DNA of 64,000 nucleotides from an uncultured Holophagaceae bacterium (lineage in GTDB: Bacteria; Acidobacteriota; Holophagae; Holophagales; Holophagaceae), in NCBI GenBank assembly GCA_903840385.1, contig CAIMFT010000063.1:1620-65619 (forward strand). The letters are read 5' to 3'. The notes under the pieces were generated by a model. That model was not told where the DNA came from. It ran no database searches and saw only the letters and a list, made by a program, of their open reading frames with translations. Numbering within the stretch: position 1 is the stretch's first letter; each line of letters begins with the position of its first letter. Shown here one piece after another: positions 57,122 through 64,000 of this stretch. The position numbers were made by a program, and so were the translations under genes.

Positions 57122-58291
57122 TCAGAGCTTGGGGAGCGGCTTTCGGCCCTTCCTCAGGTTCAGCGTGATCTGGATGGTCTTGCCGTCCCGGAGCACGTCG
57201 AAGACCACCAGCTCCTCCGGGGGCTCCAGCTCCAGCATGGCCATGAGCTGGCCATTGCTCTCGATGGGAACCCCCTGGTAGGCCACCAGCACATCCCCCA
57301 GGCCCAGGAGGGCCCCCTGGGGGTCGACCTTCAGGGGGAGGAGGCCCGCCCGGCCAGCGGGTGTATCGGGTTCCACCATGGAGACCACCAGGCCCCGCTG
57401 GATGCCGAAGCTTTGCAGGGCCACCGCCGCGTTGAGGGTCTCGAAGCCCATGCGGGGCAGCTCGAGCCGGCCCCGGGCGATGAGCTGGGGTACCACCCTG
57501 TTGAGGGTGTCTACGGGAATGGCGAACCCCACGCCCACGGAGCCTTCTCCGCGGGTGGCCACGATGGCCGTGTTCATGCCGATGAGGCGTCCACCGCTGT
57601 CCAGCAGGGGGCCCCCGGAGTTGCCGGGGTTCACCGCAGCGTCCGTCTGGATGGCGTTGGGGATCTGGTTGCCATAGCCCGTATCGATCTTCCGCTGCAG
57701 GGCCGAGATCACGCCGCGGCTGAGGGAGTGGTCCAGGCCGAAGGGGTTGCCGATGGCCAGCACCGTCTGGCCCTCGTGCAGCTTGTTGCTGTTGCCCAGG
57801 GGCATCGGCCGCATGGCCTCCAGGGGGGCGAAGGCCTGGATCACGGCGATGTCGAAGGCGAAGCTGTAGCCGATGACGCGGCCCTTGTAGGTCTTGCCGT
57901 CCGCCAGGGTGATCTCAACCTCTTCCACGTCGGCCACGCGCTTGCCGCCGTCTTCCAGGGTGATGATGTGGTGGTTGGTGACGATGTGACCCCACTCGTC
58001 CCACACGAACCCGGTGCCGGAGCCCGCCGGGAGCTTGAGGGGCTCCAGGGTCTTGGTGTCCTGGGCCGGGCTCACGGCGGAGAGGAAGACCACGCTGGAC
58101 TTGGCCTCCTTGAAGCGGCGGATGGTGTTGCGCTCCTCGGGGCTGAGGGGGGCTGCCGGGGCCACGGGGCGGGGCTTGGCGTTCTTGCGGAAGCGCGCGA
58201 TGGTGGCATCTTCCGTGGGTGGCGCAGGCTTGACCGCGGTCTGGGCGGCCAGGGGCAGGACCAGCAGGGCGGCAAGGGCGACACGGATCAT
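57122..58291 (-). CDS. HtrA/DegP-family (S1C) serine protease with one PDZ domain
   Basis: GSGTGFVWD..GHIVTNHH, DIAV, QTDAAVNPGNSGGPL, GFAIP; triad intact; signal peptide. Confidence 0.92.
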   Translation of the reverse strand: MIRVALAALLVLPLAAQTAVKPAPPTEDATIARFRKNAKPRPVAPAAPLSPEERNTIRRFKEAKSSVVFLSAVSPAQDTKTLEPLKLPAGSGTGFVWDEWGHIVTNHHIITLEDGGKRVADVEEVEITLADGKTYKGRVIGYSFAFDIAVIQAFAPLEAMRPMPLGNSNKLHEGQTVLAIGNPFGLDHSLSRGVISALQRKIDTGYGNQIPNAIQTDAAVNPGNSGGPLLDSGGRLIGMNTAIVATRGEGSVGVGFAIPVDTLNRVVPQLIARGRLELPRMGFETLNAAVALQSFGIQRGLVVSMVEPDTPAGRAGLLPLKVDPQGALLGLGDVLVAYQGVPIESNGQLMAMLELEPPEELVVFDVLRDGKTIQITLNLRKGRKPLPKL

Positions 58292-58415
58292 GGGGGCTCC
58301 CGCCTTGATTATGGGCCGGCGGGCCCCGGCCGGCGACCCGGGGTTCCACCGATATGCAAGGTGGACCTGGAAGAGGTGATGCCATCCCTGGCCCCGCACC
58401 CTATCCTGGAGGGCC

Positions 58416-59921
58416 ATGGCCTTCCCCCTTCTTACATCCAGACGCACGCCCCTTGTGCTGGGGGCGGCCCTTGTCTTGCTCCTGATTGGTGCCCTGGCCT
58501 GGGGCCTGGGGCGGTTCCGTGGCCCCCTGCGCATCCTGCTGGTGACCCAGGCCCTCCCGCTGGGCCAGACCGGCCTGGAGCCCTACGAGGAGCGGGCCAT
58601 CGGAACCCTGGCCCAGGATGCGCTCGAGGTGGCCGGCGGGCAGGCCGTGACCCTGGTGAGCCGCCTGCCCCAGGGCCTCGGCTCTCTGCAAGGCCAGTCC
58701 AATGTGCTGGTGGTCCTCCTGGAGCCCCGCCGCAGTGGCGAGAGCCTCAGCCTGAGCTACCGCTTTGTCCGGGGTGGTGGGATCGGCAAGGATGGCTCGC
58801 TGGCCTGGACACTTCGCCCCATGGAGCCCACCGTTCCCGCTCAGGCCTTCGAGGCCTTCCTGCGGAGCTTCCCCGAGGCCAGTCGAGGGAGCGCCTCCAG
58901 CCTGGTTCCGAAAGCCCCAGGGACCTTCTGGCAGGTGATTCGTGCGGGCGCCTGGCGCCTGCAGAACCTCCACCTGGAAGAGGCCCTGGCCCTAGCTGAG
59001 CGCACCGTGCGGGAGGAGCCCGACTGTGCCAGCGCCTGGATCCTGTTAGGCAACCTCCGCTACCGCTGGATGCTCAACAGTCCGGCGGCGTTCCGGCAGG
59101 AGCAGGCGGAGACCGAGGTGCACCTCCAGCGGGGCCTGGCCCTGCTTCCCAACCATCCGCGCGGGGCCTTCCTGCTGTCCCTGCTCAAGGCCGACAACGG
59201 CAACCAGCGCGAGGCCCTGGACATCCTGATCCAGGCGCGGCGACGCCAGCCCAACAATCCCACGCTGCTGACCGGCGTCGCCTATGCAGCCCGCGGGGCG
59301 GGCCTGCTGCCCCTGGCCCGCAAGGCCATGGACATCCGGGACCGACTGGCCTTCTCGGAGTTCCAGCCCCAGGCCCTGGACATCACCTGCCTGTACACCG
59401 GGGAGCTCCCGCGCTTCGCTGCCAGCCTCCAGGATCAGCCCGGGCACCTGCGGAACACCTCTGGCGTGACACCGTTCTACCGGGGCTACCTGGCTCTGGT
59501 GCAAGGGAACACGGCCGTGGCCCGCGAGGAGTTCCACCGGGCGACAACCTCCGCCAACGGCTACCCCAACATCACCCGCCTGAGCCGGATCTTTGAGCTG
59601 ATCCTCGAGGGGCAGCGCGACGAAGCCTGGCAGCAGTTGCGGGAGTACGACCAGGAGCGCATCGGGATGCGCGAGCCCGATGGCGAGTTCACCATCCGCC
59701 TGGCGGAGGCCTACGCCATGCTCGGTGACCGTGCCAGTGCCATGGAGATGGCAGCCCGTGCCTTCTCCCGGGGCTTCGGCTGCACGGCCTGGTATGAGCG
59801 CAGTCCCATGCTGGAGCCCCTGCGCGGCCTGCCCAAGTGGAAGGCCCTGATCCAGCACCTGAAGGAGCGCCAGTCGCTCATGGAGGACCGCTTCCCGCTG
59901 AGCCTGCTCGACGAGAGGTAA
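58416..59921 (+). CDS. Membrane-anchored TPR-like hypothetical protein
   Basis: N-terminal TM; TPR-like helices (AL.LAE......PD.ASAW..LG; L...P.H..). Confidence 0.55.
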   Translation: MAFPLLTSRRTPLVLGAALVLLLIGALAWGLGRFRGPLRILLVTQALPLGQTGLEPYEERAIGTLAQDALEVAGGQAVTLVSRLPQGLGSLQGQSNVLVVLLEPRRSGESLSLSYRFVRGGGIGKDGSLAWTLRPMEPTVPAQAFEAFLRSFPEASRGSASSLVPKAPGTFWQVIRAGAWRLQNLHLEEALALAERTVREEPDCASAWILLGNLRYRWMLNSPAAFRQEQAETEVHLQRGLALLPNHPRGAFLLSLLKADNGNQREALDILIQARRRQPNNPTLLTGVAYAARGAGLLPLARKAMDIRDRLAFSEFQPQALDITCLYTGELPRFAASLQDQPGHLRNTSGVTPFYRGYLALVQGNTAVAREEFHRATTSANGYPNITRLSRIFELILEGQRDEAWQQLREYDQERIGMREPDGEFTIRLAEAYAMLGDRASAMEMAARAFSRGFGCTAWYERSPMLEPLRGLPKWKALIQHLKERQSLMEDRFPLSLLDER

Positions 59922-59944
59922 GTCCTGAATAACCCTGCTTCTGA

Positions 59945-59967
59945 ACAGACCAATCGGTCGGTAGAAT
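59945..59967 (+). promoter_or_regulatory. Imperfect palindrome (TetR-like operator) abutting a -10 box upstream of icmF
   Basis: ACAGACCAA|TCGGTCGGT (7/9 symmetric) immediately followed by TAGAAT. Confidence 0.45.
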
Positions 59968-59994
59968 AGGGTCTGCCCAAAGGGGGTCTTTGCC

Positions 59995-62900
59995 ATGACC
60001 ACTGCGCCCGCACCCGCCACGCTCCAGCAGGAAGGAACCGCACCCCGCCACAAGGTGCGCTTCGTCACGGCCGCCAGCCTCTTCGATGGGCACGACGCCA
60101 GCATCAACATCATGCGGCGCATCCTGCAGTCCACGGGCTGCGAGGTCATCCACCTGGGCCACAACCGGGCCGTGCAGGACATCGTGGAGACCGCCCTCCA
60201 GGAGGATGCCCAGGGCATCGCTGTCTCCAGCTACCAGGGTGGCCACGTGGAGTACTTCAAGTACATGGTGGACCTGCTGCGGGAGCGCGGCGCTGGCCAT
60301 GTGCAGATCTTCGGCGGCGGCGGCGGCGTGATCTCCCCCGAGGAGATCGCCGAGCTCGAGGCCTACGGCGTAGCGCGCATCTACAGCCCCGAAGACGGCC
60401 GCCAGATGGGCCTCCAGGGCATGATCGACGACATGGTCCAGCGCTGCGACAGGGACCCCCGCAGCACGCCCGCCGCCCACGACCTGGCCCGCCGCATCAC
60501 CGAGATCGAGCTGGCCGATGGCCAGCAGGCTGCGACCAGGCAACCCGCCGCCAACGGCGTAGCCCAGGCCGTGCTCGGCATCACCGGGACCGGTGGCGCC
60601 GGCAAGTCCTCCCTCATCGATGAGCTGCTGCGTCGCTTCCTGGTGGACTTCCCGGACAAGCGGGTGGCCGTGCTCAGCGTGGATCCCACCAAGCGCAAGA
60701 CCGGCGGCGCCCTGCTGGGGGACCGCATCCGCATGAACTCCCTGTACCACCCGGAGCTCCGGGACCGCGTCTTCATGCGCAGCCTGGCCACCCGGAGCGC
60801 CGCGCACCGTGCCACCAGCGAGGCCCTGTCTGCCAGCATCGGTGCCGCCCGCGATGCGGGCTATGACCTGGTGATCGTGGAGACCGCCGGCATCGGCCAG
60901 AGCGACAGCGAGATCGCGGACCTGGTGGATCTCTCCATGTACGTGATGACGCCGGAGTACGGTGCCGCCAGCCAGCTTGAGAAGATCGACATGCTCGACT
61001 TCGCCGACCTGGTGGTGCTGAACAAGGCCGACAAGCGCGGTGCCGAGGATGCCCTGCGGGATGTGCGCAAGCAGGTCCAGCGGGCCCGCAAGGCTTTCGA
61101 TGTCCCCCTCGAGGAGATGCCGGTCTTCGCCACCTGCGCCAGCCAGTTCAACGACCCTGCCACCGACTGGCTCTTCGTGAACCTGGTGCGCCTGCTGTCG
61201 GACCGCACCGGCGCCGGCTGGGTGACCCAGCTGGCCGCCGCACCGACACCCCCGAAGCAGGCCGCCATCATCCCCCCCGCCCGGGTCCGCTACCTGGCGG
61301 AGATCGCCGACACCGTGCAGAGCTACAAGGCCTGGGCCGGTCGCCAGGCCGACACCGCCGAGGCGGCCCACGCCCTCTGGACCAGCCTGCAGGTGCTGGG
61401 CGACAAGGTGCCGCCCGCCGGGACCTTCTATGACGTCGCCCACCTCACCGAGCGCGGCGAGGGCGACCAGGGCCTGGCCCTGCTGGTGCTGCGCCAGCGC
61501 TACCAGGAGCACCTGGGCGAGCTGCACGCCGAGAGCCGCCGCCTGATCCACGACTGGGCCGGGGTGAAGCGCTGCTACACCGAGCCCGAGAACATCTACG
61601 TGGTCCGGGGCAAGGAGATCCGCACCGCCAACTACACCGTGTCCCTCAGTGGGTCGATGATCCCCAAGGTGGCCCTGCCCTCCTTCCGGGGCTGGTCCGA
61701 CCTGCTGCGCTGGCAGCTGCTGGAGAATCTGCCGGGCCGCTTCCCCTACACCGGCGGCGTCTTCGAGTACAAGCGCGCCGGTGAGGACCCCACCCGCATG
61801 TTTGCCGGCGAGGGTACCCCTGAGCGCACCAACAAGCGCTTCCACTTCGTCAGCAAGGGCCAGCCCGCCGTGCGCCTCAGCACGGCCTTCGACAGTGTGA
61901 CCCTCTATGGCGAGGACCCCCATGTCCGCCCCGACATCTTCGGGAAGATCGGCAACAGCGGCGTGTCCGTGTGCACCGTGGACGATGCCAAGAAGCTCTA
62001 CTCCGGCTTCGACCTGCTCTGTCCCACCACCAGCGTGAGCATGACCATCAACGGCCCTGCGCCCACCATGCTGGCCTTCTTCCTCAACGCCGCCATGGAC
62101 CAGAAGGCCGAGCAGTGGCTCAAGGAGCACGGCCAGCTTGAGGCTGCCGTGGCCCGGGTGGATGCGGACTGCGCGGCCCTGGGCGTGCCCCGGCCCCGCT
62201 ACGAGGGCGGCCTGCCCGAGGGCAATGATGGCCTGGGGCTGGCCCTGCTGGGGGCCTCTGCCGCCGAGGTGCTGCCCCCGGACGTCTATGCCAAGGTGCG
62301 GGCCGAGGCCCTGCAGACCGTGCGCGGCACCGTCCAGGCCGACATCCTCAAGGAAGACCAGGCCCAGAACACCTGCATCTTCAGCGCCGAATTCAGCCTC
62401 AAGGTCATGGGCGACATCCAGCAGACCTTCATCCAGGAGAAGGTCCGCAACTTCTACTCGGTGAGCATCAGCGGGTACCACATTGCCGAGGCTGGGGCGA
62501 ACCCCATCAGCCAGCTGGCCTTCACCCTGGCCAACGGCTTCACCTTCGTGGAGTACTACCTCTCCCGGGGCATGCACATCGACGACTTTGCGCCGAACCT
62601 GTCGTTCTTCTTCAGCAACGGCCTCGACGCGGAGTACAGCGTCATCGGCCGGGTGGCGCGGCGCATCTGGGCCGTGGCCATGAAGGAGCGCTATGGGGCC
62701 AATGACCGCAGCCAGAAGCTCAAGTACCACATCCAGACCTCGGGGCGCTCCCTGCACGCCCAGGAGATCGACTTCAATGACATCCGCACCACGCTCCAGG
62801 CCCTCTACGCCATCTACGACAACTGCAACAGCCTGCACACCAACGCCTACGATGAGGCCATCACCACCCCCACCGAGGCCAGCGTGCGTCGGGCCATCGC

Positions 62901-63420
62901 CATCCAGCTCATCATCAACCGGGAGCTGGGCGGGGCCAAGAACGAGAACCCCCTGCAGGGTGCCTACCTGATTGAGCAGATGACAGAGCTGGTGGAGGAG
63001 GCCGTGCTGGCCGAGTTCCGCCGCATCGCGGACCGGGGCGGCGTGCTGGGTGCCATGGAGACCATGTACCAGCGCGGCAAGATCCAGGAAGAGTCCATGC
63101 ACTACGAGCACCTCAAGCACAGCGGGGAGCTGCCCATCGTGGGCGTGAACACCTTCCTGAATCCCGATCCCCCACCCGCCGGGAAGCCTGAGCTGATCCG
63201 CAGCACCGAGGCGGAGAAGCAGCAGCAGATCGACAACCTGGCCGCCTTCCATGCCCGCAATGCCCACCGCTCCCCGGCCGCCCTGGCGCGCCTGAAGGAA
63301 GTGGCACAGGGAGGTGGCAACCTCTTCGAGGAGCTGCTGGACGCCGCCAAGGTCTGCAGCCTCGGCCAGATCAGCCAGGCCCTCTACGAAGTCGGCGGGC
63401 AGTACAGAAGGAACATGTAA
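59995..63420 (+). CDS. icmF: Fused isobutyryl-CoA mutase (B12-binding, MeaB-like GTPase, mutase domains)
   Basis: [13 protein letters not shown] (DxH B12 motif), [29 protein letters not shown] (Phe specificity residue), [13 protein letters not shown]. Confidence 0.93.
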   Translation: MTTAPAPATLQQEGTAPRHKVRFVTAASLFDGHDASINIMRRILQSTGCEVIHLGHNRAVQDIVETALQEDAQGIAVSSYQGGHVEYFKYMVDLLRERGAGHVQIFGGGGGVISPEEIAELEAYGVARIYSPEDGRQMGLQGMIDDMVQRCDRDPRSTPAAHDLARRITEIELADGQQAATRQPAANGVAQAVLGITGTGGAGKSSLIDELLRRFLVDFPDKRVAVLSVDPTKRKTGGALLGDRIRMNSLYHPELRDRVFMRSLATRSAAHRATSEALSASIGAARDAGYDLVIVETAGIGQSDSEIADLVDLSMYVMTPEYGAASQLEKIDMLDFADLVVLNKADKRGAEDALRDVRKQVQRARKAFDVPLEEMPVFATCASQFNDPATDWLFVNLVRLLSDRTGAGWVTQLAAAPTPPKQAAIIPPARVRYLAEIADTVQSYKAWAGRQADTAEAAHALWTSLQVLGDKVPPAGTFYDVAHLTERGEGDQGLALLVLRQRYQEHLGELHAESRRLIHDWAGVKRCYTEPENIYVVRGKEIRTANYTVSLSGSMIPKVALPSFRGWSDLLRWQLLENLPGRFPYTGGVFEYKRAGEDPTRMFAGEGTPERTNKRFHFVSKGQPAVRLSTAFDSVTLYGEDPHVRPDIFGKIGNSGVSVCTVDDAKKLYSGFDLLCPTTSVSMTINGPAPTMLAFFLNAAMDQKAEQWLKEHGQLEAAVARVDADCAALGVPRPRYEGGLPEGNDGLGLALLGASAAEVLPPDVYAKVRAEALQTVRGTVQADILKEDQAQNTCIFSAEFSLKVMGDIQQTFIQEKVRNFYSVSISGYHIAEAGANPISQLAFTLANGFTFVEYYLSRGMHIDDFAPNLSFFFSNGLDAEYSVIGRVARRIWAVAMKERYGANDRSQKLKYHIQTSGRSLHAQEIDFNDIRTTLQALYAIYDNCNSLHTNAYDEAITTPTEASVRRAIAIQLIINRELGGAKNENPLQGAYLIEQMTELVEEAVLAEFRRIADRGGVLGAMETMYQRGKIQEESMHYEHLKHSGELPIVGVNTFLNPDPPPAGKPELIRSTEAEKQQQIDNLAAFHARNAHRSPAALARLKEVAQGGGNLFEELLDAAKVCSLGQISQALYEVGGQYRRNM

Positions 63421-63428
63421 GCGACCGT

Positions 63429-63476
63429 CGGGTGGCGAAGTGGAGGACTTAATGTCCTCCACGAAGCCGGGACCCG
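63429..63476 (+). repeat. 48-nt covarying intergenic stem-loop element, copy B
   Basis: cgggt-ggc-gaa-gtggaggac-ttaat-gtcctccac-gaa-gcc-ggg-acccg; the structure matches 23541-23588. Confidence 0.7.
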
Positions 63477-63546
63477 ACGAGGAGCTTATGCCACGCACGC
63501 CGCTCGATGGAGCCCTCGGCCTTCGTCGGCGTATCATGGTCCTTCC

Positions 63547-64000
63547 ATGTTTCGCCCCGCCCTGACCCTTGCCCTCGCCGCCCTGGCCCTCTCGGCCGGG
63601 TCGCCGAGGTCTGCCGCGAAGGCAGGCACCACCTACCTCTACACCTACTACGACAAGCAGGGCGGCCTCGTCATCAACAACCTCCCGCCCAGCTACATGA
63701 AGGGGCAGGGCCTGACCCTCAAGAGCGTGGGCGTAGGCAAGGTGCGGCTGGCGGTGACTGTCACCGAGATGGCCCGCGCCCTGAAGAGCCCTGAGCTCAT
63801 TGCGATGGTGGACGAGATCACCCAGACAGAGGGCGTGGACACCCACCTGGCGCGGGCGGTGATCCAGGCGGAGAGCGCCTTCAACTACCGGGCCCGCTCC
63901 CGAGCCGGGGCCCTGGGCCTCATGCAGCTCATGCCCTCCACCGCCGAGCGCTTCGGTGTTCTGGATCCCTTCGACCCCCGGCAGAACATCACGGGCGGCG
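63547..64000 (+). CDS. Lytic transglycosylase (SLT family), truncated by the window end
   Basis: Manual translation: signal peptide, then AVIQAESAFN..A.S.AGALGLMQLMP.TA..FGV.DPFDP.QNI.GG. Confidence 0.92.
   Translation, partial: MFRPALTLALAALALSAGSPRSAAKAGTTYLYTYYDKQGGLVINNLPPSYMKGQGLTLKSVGVGKVRLAVTVTEMARALKSPELIAMVDEITQTEGVDTHLARAVIQAESAFNYRARSRAGALGLMQLMPSTAERFGVLDPFDPRQNITGG

Noticed and set aside
59878-63846. 1322-aa minus-strand ORF
   Set aside because: Antisense shadow of icmF. GC3-biased coding strands leave the antisense frame free of stops, and it has no recognisable motifs.

Overview
This is a 64 kb window of a GC-rich bacterial chromosome. Style and gene content suggest Holophagae/Geothrix-like Acidobacteriota, but that is inference only. 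Most of it is housekeeping backbone: pccB-type carboxyltransferase, aspartase, transaldolase, thyX, a LIV-type ABC transporter with a MatB-like ligase, DUF1800/DUF1501, queA, an MsbA-like exporter, an ECF sigma locus, rnc, upp, eno-ftsB-dapF-parAB-accD-folC, icmF and a lytic transglycosylase. One lower-GC 11.2 kb island (34604-45762) carries a flagellin-filament module (fliC-flaG-fliD-fliS-fliT-like, plus a second fliS) flanked by putative glycosyl- and methyl-transferases. The most unusual signals are: (1) a highly diverged flagellin of only 200 aa whose D1 domain appears halved, with sigma28-like promoters and two CsrA-type hairpins; (2) a TrpC-like TIM barrel lacking both catalytic lysines, fused in frame to a histone-H1-like (PKKAAAKK)n tail that has its own internal ribosome-binding site; (3) two 48-nt intergenic stem-loops 40 kb apart with identical architecture and five compensatory base-pair changes; (4) other apparently inactivated enzyme folds (HisA-like, PdeM-like); (5) sharp A/T-ending-codon patches over the conserved motifs of thyX, the ECF sigma and dapF. 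I found no rRNA, tRNA, CRISPR array, transposase or integrase. All family calls come from motif recognition by eye, with no database searches.
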